From: an uncultured Candidatus Saccharibacteria bacterium
Lineage (GTDB): Bacteria; Patescibacteriota; Saccharimonadia; Saccharimonadales; CAIOMD01
NCBI GenBank assembly: GCA_963716565.1
Contig: OY970318.1
Location: forward strand, 64,830 to 128,829
Direction of reading: 5' to 3'
DNA length: 64,000 nt
This document shows, piece by piece, positions 46,836-57,334 of the stretch. A model generated the notes under the pieces. That model did no database searches. It was not told the DNA's origin and worked only from the letters and a program-made list of their open reading frames with translations. A program made the position numbers and the translations under genes. Position 1 is the stretch's first letter. The number at the start of each line of letters is the position of its first letter.

Positions 46836-47489
46836 TTACTCTTCTTCGCTAGCAGCTTCGCCTTCGGCAGGTGTTTCTGTAGCAGCTTCGCCTTCGGCAA
46901 CCTCAGCTACAACTTCTTCTTCAACAGCTTGAATAGTAGGCTCTTCTACCTGTACAATCACGTGTTCTGGTTCGGCCAAAACAGTTACGCCGTTAGGCAA
47001 ATCCATATCGGCAACGGTAATCTTATCGCCAATTTCGGCTAGAGTCTCAATTACAACTTCCAATTGGTCGGGCAAGTCTTTTGGTAAAGCTTCTACTTGT
47101 AATGCGTAAGTTAGCTTGTTGATTACCAAACCAAGCTTGCCAGCTGGAGCATCGCCAATAAGTTCAACCGGAATTTCGGTTTCTACTTTTTCGTCGCGTC
47201 TAATTACGCCAAAGACAACATGTCTTAGGGCGTGCTTGGTAGGTTCAAAATCGACGTCTTTGATGATGGTGAAGTATTTGTCTTCGCCAACTTGTAAATC
47301 GATAGGGTGGTGACGGCCAGCGTGCTGGTAGACTTTAGCGATTTCTAATAAGTTGCCGCTAACAGCTACTGAATCTTTGCCTGGAATATGAATAACGGCC
47401 GGCAACTGGCCATCGCGGCGCATCTTGCCAAGACCTTTGCCAAGTTGTTCGCGGGGTGTCAAAACTAGAGTAATATCTTTATCGCTCAC
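46836..47489 (-). CDS. rplY: 50S ribosomal protein L25/Ctc with an acidic C-terminal tail
   Basis: LGKGLGKMRRDGQLPAVIH...HPIDLQV...ALRHVVFGVI...VELIG pattern. The tail is EEEVVAEVAEGEAATETPAEGEAASEEE. Confidence 0.88.
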   Translation of the reverse strand: MSDKDITLVLTPREQLGKGLGKMRRDGQLPAVIHIPGKDSVAVSGNLLEIAKVYQHAGRHHPIDLQVGEDKYFTIIKDVDFEPTKHALRHVVFGVIRRDEKVETEIPVELIGDAPAGKLGLVINKLTYALQVEALPKDLPDQLEVVIETLAEIGDKITVADMDLPNGVTVLAEPEHVIVQVEEPTIQAVEEEVVAEVAEGEAATETPAEGEAASEEE

Positions 47490-47653
47490 AAATAAAATCC
47501 TTTTAGTCCAATAGATTATGCCTTAAATAATAGATTATTTCAACTGTTTTTAAGATAAACTGGCAGTAATTGCCATGTTTGTTAGTATTTTTGTTCTTAA
47601 AATTGCTAGCAATTGACTAATGTGTTATAATATACGCAGTATAAGGAGTCGAG

Positions 47654-48220
47654 ATGAGGCCACTATATTTCTTAATCGGAGCATTAATCTTTATTGCTGG
47701 GCTGGTATTTACTTTTGTTAGCATTTTTAAGCCTGGTGATAGTCCTACTACCGTAACTTCCGCTGTTGTTTTGGCTGATCATGCCGCCGAAGCCAACAGC
47801 GTGAGCTACACGATGGATGGCGTTATTAACAGTGCCGAACAGCATCGAGCTGTCAAAATAACCGTTTCTAACTCTACTCGCACCATAGAAATCTTTAGCG
47901 GCTATCAGGGTAGCGTTATTTCAAGCAAATCGTACGCTAATAGCCCGTCCAGTTATAAGGAATTCTTGGCGGCCCTACAGGGTGTAGGCTTTATTAAACA
48001 AACCCCAAAGATTACCGATACTTACTTGGGCAAATGCCCATTCGGCTACCGTTATGTATTTAATACATCCAGCATTAGCGGTGCCCCAGAAATGCTTTGG
48101 ACTACCAGTTGCGGTAAGGTTAAGGGTACCTTCGGCGGTGTTTTAGATTCTGTTACTCAACTATTCAAAAAGCAAATACCCGATTACGACGCTCTTTTAA
48201 AGGGCGTTTCTTTAAAATAG
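47654..48220 (+). CDS. Membrane-anchored or secreted hypothetical protein
   Basis: N-terminal TM (LYFLIGALIFIAGLVFTFVSIF). No motif. Confidence 0.45.
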   Translation: MRPLYFLIGALIFIAGLVFTFVSIFKPGDSPTTVTSAVVLADHAAEANSVSYTMDGVINSAEQHRAVKITVSNSTRTIEIFSGYQGSVISSKSYANSPSSYKEFLAALQGVGFIKQTPKITDTYLGKCPFGYRYVFNTSSISGAPEMLWTTSCGKVKGTFGGVLDSVTQLFKKQIPDYDALLKGVSLK

Positions 48221-48309
48221 TTTTTTCGTAGCGTCATGGTAAAAAGGGCTTACTTTTTGGTGTCTAAACAGCTACAATAACACTAACCATTAGCATAAAT
48301 GGTGGGACT

Positions 48310-50649
48310 ATGCACGAAGATAACCAAAACTTTGAAAAGTATTTTAGAGCCGTTAATTATTTAACGGTGGCTCAGATATTTCTGCAAGATAATTTTTTAC
48401 TAGAAAGACCATTAGAAGCTAAAGATATTAAGCCGCGCCTGCTTGGGCATTGGGGTAGTGGCCCGGGTGTGAATTTGGCGTATATGCACCTCAGTAAGCT
48501 GGCTCAAAAATACGACCAAGAAATGATGTTTGTGCTTGGCCCTGGCCACGCTTTTCCGTCTTTACAGGCTAACTTATTTATGGAGGGTACGCTAGGTAAT
48601 TATTACCCGCAGGCCCAACAAACAGCTGAAGGCATTGCCTACATTTGCCACAATTTTAGCTGGCCTTATGGCTTTCCTAGCCACAGTAACCCCGGCACTC
48701 CAGGTGTCATTTTAGAAGGCGGGGAACTGGGCTATTCGCTATCTACATCTTATGGAGCTGTTTTAGACAATCCCGACTTAATCGTGGCTTGTTTAGTTGG
48801 CGACGGCGAATCCGAAACTGGCGCCGCGGCTGCTGCCTGGCACCTAAATAAGCTTGTAGACCCCAAAACCAATGGCGTAGTCTTGCCCATTCTGCATCTA
48901 AACGGTTACAAAATATCTGCTCCCACCATTTATGGTCGAATGAGCGACGAAGAACTGTTGGCCTTGTTTACGGGCTATGGTTACCAGCCGCGAATCGTAG
49001 ATGGTACCAACCCAGAGCATATCCACAAGCACATGGAAGACGCCCTAGATTGGGCCTACCAAACTATTCACAACATCAAGCACAGCCAGCATCGTGTGTC
49101 GCCCAAATCGCCAATGATCATTATGCGCACCCTAAAGGGCTGGACTGGGCCTAAGGAATTAAACGGCCAGCGCATAGAAGGCAATGCCCTGAGCCATCAG
49201 GTCGTTTTAACAGATGCCAAATCCGATCCTAATCAACTTAAGATGCTAGAACATTGGCTACGCTCTTATAAGTTTCACGAATTATTTCACGCCGAGTCTG
49301 GCTTTGGTGACCTAATAGACGCTATTATGCCGGCCTATCATAAGCGTATGGGCGCCACTCGTCACGCCCTTGGTGGCAGCCCGGTGTACCAACCACTAAA
49401 ATTGCCAGCCCTAGAAACTTACGCCGAAGATGTTTCGCACCCCGGTGTAATTGGTTCCAGCAGCATGCGCCGGTCGGGCTTGTATTTAAGTGATGTTTTT
49501 AAACTAAATACCGAAGAACGTAATTTTAGATTCTTCTCGCCGGACGAAACTTATTCCAACAAACTAGATGACATTTTTAAAGCGACTTCACGCGCTTGGG
49601 TTTGGCCAATAAAAAGCTGGGATAAAGACATGGCGCCAGATGGCCGTGATATGGAAATGCTTAGTGAGCAAAGTTTGCAAGGTATGGCCCAGGGCTATGT
49701 TTTAACTGGCCGGCACGCTGTTTTTGCATCTTATGAAGCCTTTATTATGGTAGTCGCCAGCATGGTAGACCAATATGCTAAGTTTATACATCATTCTCGC
49801 AAAATTGATTGGCACGGGCCAATCGGGTCGTTAACCTACATTCTAACGTCTTCGGCGTGGCGCCAAGATCATAATGGTTTTAGCCATCAAAACCCCGGCT
49901 TTTTAGATGACGTTCTACATCGCGAGGGCGATTTTGTAAACGTGTATTTTCCGCCAGATGGTAATTCTACTTTGGCCGCGCTCGAAAAGAGCTTAAGCGA
50001 ACAAGCCATGATTAATGTTATTGTAGCCGCCAAAACTCAAGAACCGCGCTGGCTCACTCCGCTACAAGCTCGCGAAGGCTTGCGCAGCGGTGTATCGGTT
50101 TGGGATTTTGCTAGCGATGATGACCCAGATGTTGTAATTGCCGCCGCCGGTGATTACTTAACCAAAGAAGCTTTGGCGGCCATTGATATTGCCAAAACCG
50201 AATTGCCCAACCTGCGCCTGCGTTTTGTAAATATTGTTTCGATGTCGCCATCTGGCTTAGGTGCCGCCGAAAACGTGCTAAACCAAGAAGAATTTAATAG
50301 TATTTTTACCGAAAACCGGCCGGTAATTTGTAACTTCCACGGCTACCCCGAAACGCTAAAATCAATTATCTACAACTATGCTTCAGCGCCAAAGCGCTTT
50401 AAAATTCACGGTTACAAAGAGCATGGGTCAACCACTACGCCGTTTGATATGCATGTACGCAACAATACCAGTCGCTACAACTTGGTGATTGATATTATCG
50501 AACAGCTTAGTAGCCTGAATCTTATGCGCCCCGAAGCTGCTAACGACCTAATAACCAAATATCGCAATAAAATAGACGAAAACACCAATTACATTAAGCA
50601 AAACGGTGTTGATTTAGAGGAGATTGATTCATGGCAGTGGAAGCGCTAG
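48310..50649 (+). CDS. xfp: Xylulose-5-phosphate/fructose-6-phosphate phosphoketolase
   Basis: N-terminal YLTVAQIFLQDN...RLLGHWGSGPG, the ThDP motif GDGESETG, and a size of 779 aa. Confidence 0.93.
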   Translation: MHEDNQNFEKYFRAVNYLTVAQIFLQDNFLLERPLEAKDIKPRLLGHWGSGPGVNLAYMHLSKLAQKYDQEMMFVLGPGHAFPSLQANLFMEGTLGNYYPQAQQTAEGIAYICHNFSWPYGFPSHSNPGTPGVILEGGELGYSLSTSYGAVLDNPDLIVACLVGDGESETGAAAAAWHLNKLVDPKTNGVVLPILHLNGYKISAPTIYGRMSDEELLALFTGYGYQPRIVDGTNPEHIHKHMEDALDWAYQTIHNIKHSQHRVSPKSPMIIMRTLKGWTGPKELNGQRIEGNALSHQVVLTDAKSDPNQLKMLEHWLRSYKFHELFHAESGFGDLIDAIMPAYHKRMGATRHALGGSPVYQPLKLPALETYAEDVSHPGVIGSSSMRRSGLYLSDVFKLNTEERNFRFFSPDETYSNKLDDIFKATSRAWVWPIKSWDKDMAPDGRDMEMLSEQSLQGMAQGYVLTGRHAVFASYEAFIMVVASMVDQYAKFIHHSRKIDWHGPIGSLTYILTSSAWRQDHNGFSHQNPGFLDDVLHREGDFVNVYFPPDGNSTLAALEKSLSEQAMINVIVAAKTQEPRWLTPLQAREGLRSGVSVWDFASDDDPDVVIAAAGDYLTKEALAAIDIAKTELPNLRLRFVNIVSMSPSGLGAAENVLNQEEFNSIFTENRPVICNFHGYPETLKSIIYNYASAPKRFKIHGYKEHGSTTTPFDMHVRNNTSRYNLVIDIIEQLSSLNLMRPEAANDLITKYRNKIDENTNYIKQNGVDLEEIDSWQWKR

Positions 50650-51830
50650 TTTTAGCGGCTAACCCTGGCAGCGCTAGCCGTAAATATTCTTTGTATAGTG
50701 GCGATGAATTGTTGGCGTCTTTGTATTTCGAATACGAAAACGGCCAAATTATTTGTACTGCTAAAAGTACTGCCGGCAGCCAAAGGCTAGAACTTGGTAT
50801 TGCCGATTTAGAGCAAACTCCCCAGTATATTGTAGAGGCTCTGCAGCAGGCTGGTGTAGAAGTAAAAAATGGTTTTGAATGCATTGGCCTTAGAGTGGTC
50901 GCGCCAACCAGCCTGTTTTTGTTGGATTGCCTGTTGGACGATGCAGCTATTACCGAGCTAACCGAGCTAGAGCATTTGGTACCTTTACACATTCGGGCCT
51001 CACTAGAAGAAGCCCGTGGGCTAAAAGCTAATTTTGCCAACACACCAGTAGTAGCGGTGTCCGATTCGGCTTTTCATATTACCAAGCCCGATTATGCCTG
51101 GAACTACGCTATACCACTAGAAGATGCTGACCGTTTGCAAATCAAACGTTTTGGTTACCATGGCATTTCTTTAGCTTCGATTGTTCGTGAATTGAAAGAT
51201 TTAGATGAACTACCCCAAAAGTTGATTGTTTGCCACCTAGGCAGCGGTAATAGTGTATCGGCAGTTTTGAATGGACTAAGCTTAGATACTACCATGGGTT
51301 TTTCGCCGTTAGAGGGTCTAATGATGGCTACTCGTAGCGGTTCAATGGATGTGATGGCGGCCTTAACTTTGCAAAAAGAACTTGGTTTGTCGCCGTCCGA
51401 CCTAGAAACATATTTAAATAAGAAGAGTGGCTTGATGGGCGTAAGCGGAAGCTCCTCGGATATTCGGGAACTCTTAGTCGCTGAAGCAGACAATGATTAT
51501 AGGGCTGGATTAGCTCTAAGAATGTACGTTTATCGCATTCGGCAAGCTATTGGCCAAATGGCCGCTAGTTTGGAAGGGGTTGATGCGTTAGTTTTTACGG
51601 CCGCTGTTGGTAGCCGTTCGTTTATAATCCGCCAACGGGTTGTGGAAGGCTTAGCTCACCTTGGGTTTAGTATTGATGAGCTTAAAAATAGCAACGTGGT
51701 AGAACCCAGCAGCGTACAGAATATAAGTACGTCACCGCAGCACAAACCAATTTACGTTATCACCACCAACGAAGCCAAAGAAATCGCCACCCGCGCCCTT
51801 GGCGTAGTAAAAAATACCATCGCCCAGTAG
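50631..51830 (+). CDS. ackA: Acetate kinase
   Basis: LVLAANPGSASRKYSLY, RFGYHGISL and CHLGSGNSVSAV. It overlaps the xfp 3' end by 19 nt, which implies coupled expression. Confidence 0.9.
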   Translation: MAVEALVLAANPGSASRKYSLYSGDELLASLYFEYENGQIICTAKSTAGSQRLELGIADLEQTPQYIVEALQQAGVEVKNGFECIGLRVVAPTSLFLLDCLLDDAAITELTELEHLVPLHIRASLEEARGLKANFANTPVVAVSDSAFHITKPDYAWNYAIPLEDADRLQIKRFGYHGISLASIVRELKDLDELPQKLIVCHLGSGNSVSAVLNGLSLDTTMGFSPLEGLMMATRSGSMDVMAALTLQKELGLSPSDLETYLNKKSGLMGVSGSSSDIRELLVAEADNDYRAGLALRMYVYRIRQAIGQMAASLEGVDALVFTAAVGSRSFIIRQRVVEGLAHLGFSIDELKNSNVVEPSSVQNISTSPQHKPIYVITTNEAKEIATRALGVVKNTIAQ

Positions 51831-51962
51831 GGCTACACCCTTTAATGCACTATTGACAGGGCATAGAATAAGTATACGATTAGGTTATAGGCTACGTGTG
51901 GGGCAAGGCTTACCGTTTTAGGGGTAGGCTTAATCTTTAAAGACTAGGGAGGTGCTTGTACG

Positions 51963-54900
51963 ATGCGTGGATTCAAAAAAGTATTATCAAAGATAGGGCT
52001 CAACATAACTGCGGTGGCATTAGTGCTATCGATTACACCATCATTGATGTTCAGCGGTGATGCTTCGGCCGTAAGCACGGCGGTCATTTATGGCGCTATT
52101 CCAGATTCGTTGCCATCTAATATGGTTAGCTTGGGCTTCCAGGCAACCCAGACCTCTGCGTTCGGTGATTATGTACATCTTGCCGGTACAGACCGTAACC
52201 TTGATGCTGTTACTGTCACAATGAGCAACTGGGCCTTATATGCAGATTATGCAACGGATGCCAGATATTTGGGCGATAGTGCTAACTGGTATCACCCAAT
52301 AACTATTAACATTTTTGACAATCATCTTGGCGCAAATGGTGTGCCCGATACGCTCCTAGCTACGGTTACTCAAATAGCCACGATTCCATGGCGCCCAGCC
52401 GAAGACCCTACTCACTGTCCTACAAAAAGTGACTCGGGCTATGCATATAAGTGGCAGTCAACTCCTGGCGCGCCTGACACGAACTGCTATAACGGCTTTG
52501 CCGTTAATATTACATTTGATATGAGCAGTTTAAATATTACTCTGCCTGATGATGTTATCGTAGGTATTGCGTACAATACGCAAAGCTATGGCTTGGCGCC
52601 AATAGGCGTAGGCGGGCCATACAACTCGCTGAACGTCGGATTAGAAGGATTAACCACGGTTGGCACTGACAATAACTCTGATAATGTTTTCTGGAATACG
52701 TCAACAGCCGATTGGTACACTGACGATGGCGCTGGTGGAGTAGGCACCTTCCGCGAGGACACCGGCTGGGCACCGTATGTCATACCTATCCAAATAACCG
52801 CTAATATAACAGACACAACAGCACCAGAGGTGCCAGTCCATTTGTCTCCCTCGGATAATAGTTATAAAACTACAGCCAACCAGACGATAATTGATTGGAC
52901 GACCGTAACGGATCCATCAGCACCTGTTACTTATAGATACCAATCTTCTAACTTGCCTAACACTAACCCAGACGGTTCGTTTGTTAGCCCAGCTTATACT
53001 TCGGGCTTGCTAACTGCCTCGCAAATTCCAACATCGGGTACTCCGCAAGGCGTTTACTACTGGCACGTCAAGGCCGTAGATGCTGTTGGCAACGAAAGTA
53101 ACTGGAGTGATGCCTGGAAGGTAACCGTAGACAATGCTGCTCCAACTACGCCTACTGTTAGTTTTATAAACCCAACTTTGCCGTGTGATGCTATTACTAA
53201 CATCCACAATGTCACCGTTGACTGGACGGATTCTACAGATAATCATGGCTTAGCCGGATACGAGTATTTAGTTGATTATCCTTTAGCTAACGGATCGGGC
53301 CGAGGACAGTGGGCGACCACTTTCACGGCTTCTCAGTATACTGGCTCTTTGAACGAAGGCTATCACGACGTTAAAGTCAGGGCCAAGGACTTGGCAGGTA
53401 ATTATTCTGCTTGGTCTAACATCTGTCGTATCACGGCCGACTGGACCGCGCCAGATGTTGAAATCACCGCTCCATCTAACGGATCAGTTAGTGGTACCGT
53501 TGAGGTAAGAGGTACGGTTCTTGATAGCAATCTATGGCGTTACTATACAGTCGTTTTAAATAGTTCTAACCAACAAGTCGCCGGCCCTGGCACAGTTAAC
53601 TTTAACGATGCGTTTACAAATAAAAGCCTATTTAGCTTTAATACCACCTTACTAGCAGACGGCATTTATACTATTCGCTTAGAAGCTAGAGACAAGGCTA
53701 ACAATAAAGATGCGGGCTCTACTGATGTAAATACCATAACTGTAGATAATACCGCGCCTACTGCCGACCTAGTTTTTGCTAATATTGGCCCTGGCGCAAT
53801 TTCCTTTGATGTCGTATTTAGCGAACCGGTTGACCCTACCGAAGCAACAAATCCAGCAAATTATTTTTTGAATAATTGGCCAGGAGCTGGTGGTACTGGT
53901 GATTTAATTGGCGATGCAAATATCTCATACAACGGCGCCACAAACACAGCAACAGTGACCTTTCTCAATGCTGGATGGTACGTTTCGCCTGAGCAAAATT
54001 GGGGAGTGCAAGACGTCCACGACTTAGCGGGCAATTTGCTCGTTCCAAGCCCTACTAGTGAAACATCTACGCCAATGGTTGCGCCAACTACTACTGCGAT
54101 TCTGGACGGTACAGTTGGGTTAAACAGTACATACGTTTCTGATGTTACCGTAGACTTTAGCGCTACCGACCCGGCGGTTGGTTCGGGTGTAATAGCAACT
54201 TACTATAATCTTGATGGGAGCGGCTACTTGCAGGGTAATCCGGTTTTGGTGACGACTGATGGAGCTCATAATATTTGCTACTACTCTACCGACAATGCTG
54301 GCAATACCGAAGCAGAAAAATGCGATGTAACATTTAGCATCGACCAAACTGCACCGGTTATAACCATCAACCCTTACGGTATTGACCCGACTAATCAAGA
54401 TGTAGTCGTTACTGCTTCTACCAACGAAGGCACACTGAATTTTGATAGCTACACTTTCACGGATAACGGCTCATTTGAATTTGTGTCCACCGATGCAGCT
54501 GGCAACGTCACAACCGAAACTGTGATTATCACTAACATCGACAAGATTGCACCCGTAATTACCGTGGGTCCTTACAGCACTTCTCCAACCAACCAGGACA
54601 TTGTGGTCGTGGTTTCCACAAATGAGGGTAGCTTAAACTTTGACGCGTATACTTTTACCACCAACGGCAGTTTCGATTTTGTGTCCACCGATGCAGCTGG
54701 CAACGTCACAACCGAAACGGTTATTATTGATAACATCGATAAAGCGGCGCCAGTTATAACTTTAACTGGTGGCAATGTCACCCTAACGGTGGGTGATACT
54801 TATACCGAACTTGGTGCCACATCTACCGAAGGCACTGTTGTAATAACCGGCTCAGTAAATACTGCGGTTGCGGGCACGTATCTTGTTAATTACGATGCCA

Positions 54901-55226
54901 CCGACGAAGCCGGCAACAATGCCGCAACAGTTACGCGGACAGTGCAGGTAAACAATCCTACTTTTGTGCCTACAGCAGGAGCGGCTTTTGTTACAGGTGC
55001 CTTAATTACCCCAGCCCCAACTGCTCCTATCGCAGAAACAACTCCCACACCTTCTGTTACCGAAACCGACTCCAGCCAGACTGGTAGTGAAACTACCGAG
55101 GTACAAGGTTCTACCGCCAATGGCGACCACTGGTATGCTCTATGGTGGGTCTGGGTATTGGCTGCGCTTGGTGTTGGCGGTGGCTTATGGTTCTTAATTC
55201 GACGACGCGTTAGTGAAGATAGCTAA
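51963..55226 (+). CDS. Giant surface protein (1087 aa): signal peptide, multiple Ig/FN3-like domains, C-terminal TM anchor
   Basis: Signal ITAVALVLSITPSLMFSGDASA. Recurrent D(N/Q)(T/A)AP(x) domain boundaries. Ig-like DUF5011-type unit VTLTVGDTYTELGATS...YLVNYDATDEAGN. The C-terminus is WWVWVLAALGVGGGLWFLIRRR. No LPxTG motif. Confidence 0.7.
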   Translation: MRGFKKVLSKIGLNITAVALVLSITPSLMFSGDASAVSTAVIYGAIPDSLPSNMVSLGFQATQTSAFGDYVHLAGTDRNLDAVTVTMSNWALYADYATDARYLGDSANWYHPITINIFDNHLGANGVPDTLLATVTQIATIPWRPAEDPTHCPTKSDSGYAYKWQSTPGAPDTNCYNGFAVNITFDMSSLNITLPDDVIVGIAYNTQSYGLAPIGVGGPYNSLNVGLEGLTTVGTDNNSDNVFWNTSTADWYTDDGAGGVGTFREDTGWAPYVIPIQITANITDTTAPEVPVHLSPSDNSYKTTANQTIIDWTTVTDPSAPVTYRYQSSNLPNTNPDGSFVSPAYTSGLLTASQIPTSGTPQGVYYWHVKAVDAVGNESNWSDAWKVTVDNAAPTTPTVSFINPTLPCDAITNIHNVTVDWTDSTDNHGLAGYEYLVDYPLANGSGRGQWATTFTASQYTGSLNEGYHDVKVRAKDLAGNYSAWSNICRITADWTAPDVEITAPSNGSVSGTVEVRGTVLDSNLWRYYTVVLNSSNQQVAGPGTVNFNDAFTNKSLFSFNTTLLADGIYTIRLEARDKANNKDAGSTDVNTITVDNTAPTADLVFANIGPGAISFDVVFSEPVDPTEATNPANYFLNNWPGAGGTGDLIGDANISYNGATNTATVTFLNAGWYVSPEQNWGVQDVHDLAGNLLVPSPTSETSTPMVAPTTTAILDGTVGLNSTYVSDVTVDFSATDPAVGSGVIATYYNLDGSGYLQGNPVLVTTDGAHNICYYSTDNAGNTEAEKCDVTFSIDQTAPVITINPYGIDPTNQDVVVTASTNEGTLNFDSYTFTDNGSFEFVSTDAAGNVTTETVIITNIDKIAPVITVGPYSTSPTNQDIVVVVSTNEGSLNFDAYTFTTNGSFDFVSTDAAGNVTTETVIIDNIDKAAPVITLTGGNVTLTVGDTYTELGATSTEGTVVITGSVNTAVAGTYLVNYDATDEAGNNAATVTRTVQVNNPTFVPTAGAAFVTGALITPAPTAPIAETTPTPSVTETDSSQTGSETTEVQGSTANGDHWYALWWVWVLAALGVGGGLWFLIRRRVSEDS
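54351..54746 (+). repeat. Tandem 198-bp (66-aa) coding repeat x2 inside the giant surface protein
   Basis: APVITINPYGIDPTNQD...NVTTETVIITNIDK is repeated as APVITVGPYSTSPTNQD...NVTTETVIIDNIDK. An identical 38-nt core (gtgtccaccgatgcagctggcaacgtcacaaccgaaac) occurs at 54483 and 54681. Confidence 0.9.
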
Positions 55227-55272
55227 AGAGTAAAGCCTGCCGGTCTTTTTAAATAGGACGAGATATAAAAAA

Positions 55273-56658
55273 CTAGGCCTGAGCCATTTGGCCGGCACGT
55301 TTGGGTGATATCCAAGTAGACAAACCAACGCTCCGTTTTATCACCTTGCGAAAATGAAAAAGCGATTTTATAGCTGCGCTGATTTGCACAACATCCATAG
55401 CATAGAATAGTATGTAAATAACTAGTGCCGAAAAGCTTAATCTTAGCTTCTCTCTTTTAGAAAGGTGTTCATCTGGCCATAACACACTGAGTGTATATAG
55501 CGAGATTGTTATGTAAGCCCCAATAAAAATGCCAATTGTTTGGTAATGGAAGCTTAAGTAAATTATGTAAGCCAACAGTAATGGTTCAAGCAGCAATAAA
55601 ACTTCGCTTATCAGTGCCACTGGCAAACGGTACAATGTTAAAGCTCGGCTATAAAGATTAGGCTGATATTTAGCAATAAGATGTCGGAACTTGAATAAGT
55701 TCTGCAAGTTGCCCATCTTCCAACGGTATCTCTGTCTTATAAGGTCTTCAAAGGTTTGTACGCCTTCGGTGTAAGCTACTACGTCGGCACCGTAAATTAC
55801 CCTGTGCTGGCGATTACCAATACTTGAAATTATTTTTAAGCTTAGGCCAATGTCTTCGGTCATTGTATCGTCATCATAAAACTTAACCTTTCGTAATACG
55901 GTTCTACGATAAGTGGAGGCCACTCCGCCTACAATAAATTCGCTGTTTGTTAAGCTATAGAACTTTTTAGATCTATAGCCAATCATGTGCTCGAATCTTT
56001 GTATCTTGCCCAGCATAGAAGAACTTTCCATAATTCTTACGTTGGCTGCTACGCCAATTATGTGATTATCTTTAAAATAGGCGACAGCTCTTTCTATAGA
56101 AGAGGGGTGGAGCATAGAATCGGCATCTAGGCACATAACATAGCGTCCTTTAACATAATTTTTAATAGCATTGTTCATAGCGCTAGCCTTGCCGCCATTG
56201 CGCTGATTGACTAATTTTAGGCGTATATCCCTAGTCCTTACTTGAATGTAGCGGCGTTTCTTAGGCTTAAGTAGGGCCCCCTTATCATCGAAATAGCTTC
56301 TAACCGAATGATACCGCTTTATTTTTTTACTTCTTATGTAGTCTTTTACTTTTTTGGCGGTGCTATCGGTAGACCCATCGTTAACAACAATAATTTCAAA
56401 ATTTGGGTATGTGTTTACCAAAATAGAATTAAGCGTACGGCAAATAACGCTTGCTTCGTTATGGGCAGGAACAACTACGCTTACCAAGTCAAAGCGCGGT
56501 TTTTTATTTGTTGGTCTGCTTGGGCGACGTTTTAAGCTGTCACGGCTCTTTTTATATGTCAATATGTCATAGATATTTGCCCCCACAATGTAGAAGCCAA
56601 GATGGACCACGGCTATTAAGTTGGCTATTGCCAGCAGGTACATTAAGAAGGTAAGCAT
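55273..56658 (-). CDS. Processive family-2 glycosyltransferase (PgaC/IcaA/cellulose-synthase-like)
   Basis: VVPAHNE, NDGSTD, LDADS and QRYRWKMG (QxxRW), flanked by N- and C-terminal TM helices. Confidence 0.85.
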   Translation of the reverse strand: MLTFLMYLLAIANLIAVVHLGFYIVGANIYDILTYKKSRDSLKRRPSRPTNKKPRFDLVSVVVPAHNEASVICRTLNSILVNTYPNFEIIVVNDGSTDSTAKKVKDYIRSKKIKRYHSVRSYFDDKGALLKPKKRRYIQVRTRDIRLKLVNQRNGGKASAMNNAIKNYVKGRYVMCLDADSMLHPSSIERAVAYFKDNHIIGVAANVRIMESSSMLGKIQRFEHMIGYRSKKFYSLTNSEFIVGGVASTYRRTVLRKVKFYDDDTMTEDIGLSLKIISSIGNRQHRVIYGADVVAYTEGVQTFEDLIRQRYRWKMGNLQNLFKFRHLIAKYQPNLYSRALTLYRLPVALISEVLLLLEPLLLAYIIYLSFHYQTIGIFIGAYITISLYTLSVLWPDEHLSKREKLRLSFSALVIYILFYAMDVVQISAAIKSLFHFRKVIKRSVGLSTWISPKRAGQMAQA

Positions 56659-57245
56659 TAAATGGCCCTTACAAAATCAAAGGTAAATAGCTGGCGATTT
56701 TGGTAGAACAATCCTTCGCATGTCTGTAGGGTTAAAATTGGCTTACCAGTATAGCCAAAAATACTATTGTCGTACTGGTTGGTTACTCTTTGGTAAGAGA
56801 ACTTATAATAAAAAGCATGGCCGTTAGAGGTTCTAATGATTGCTTCGGCACCATCCTCTATGTTGTGGAGCGTGGCGAACACCTCGTATCTATAGTGGCC
56901 GTATATAAAGGTGTTGCCCTCGATGTTGTTAGGTAGCGGAGTGATGGTAGCATATTGAACTTTGTCTGTAGTAAGGTTCCAAGTTTTGCTATCTTGGTAG
57001 TAATAGCCAGGGATAACTTCTAAATCGTAACCTAAACTAGGTATCAGAAGCCTTATAGGATCACCGCTTATTTCGTTTGTGATGTTGCCCGTATCAACAT
57101 TAGCAACATCTGAATAAGCAAACACTGGCTTTGTGCTGTTTGCAACGCTCATATAGCCAGAAAAGATAAGGGTAATAAGCACACCAAAGCCAAAAGATGT
57201 GAAAACAGTACCACCGTAAATGAATACACTTTTGAATTTATTCAT
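56658..57245 (-). CDS. Sortase (transpeptidase)
   Basis: N-terminal TM, catalytic His context FIYGH, TLxTC motif ILTLQTCEG, and a downstream Arg (NRQLF). Confidence 0.85.
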   Translation of the reverse strand: MNKFKSVFIYGGTVFTSFGFGVLITLIFSGYMSVANSTKPVFAYSDVANVDTGNITNEISGDPIRLLIPSLGYDLEVIPGYYYQDSKTWNLTTDKVQYATITPLPNNIEGNTFIYGHYRYEVFATLHNIEDGAEAIIRTSNGHAFYYKFSYQRVTNQYDNSIFGYTGKPILTLQTCEGLFYQNRQLFTFDFVRAI

Positions 57246-57334
57246 ACTAATTAGGCCCTAAAAACAAAGAGCAGCTCTGTTAACGCGTTATACGTGCTAA
57301 CAGAGCCCCTCTATTGGTTATTGAGTATATTTAT

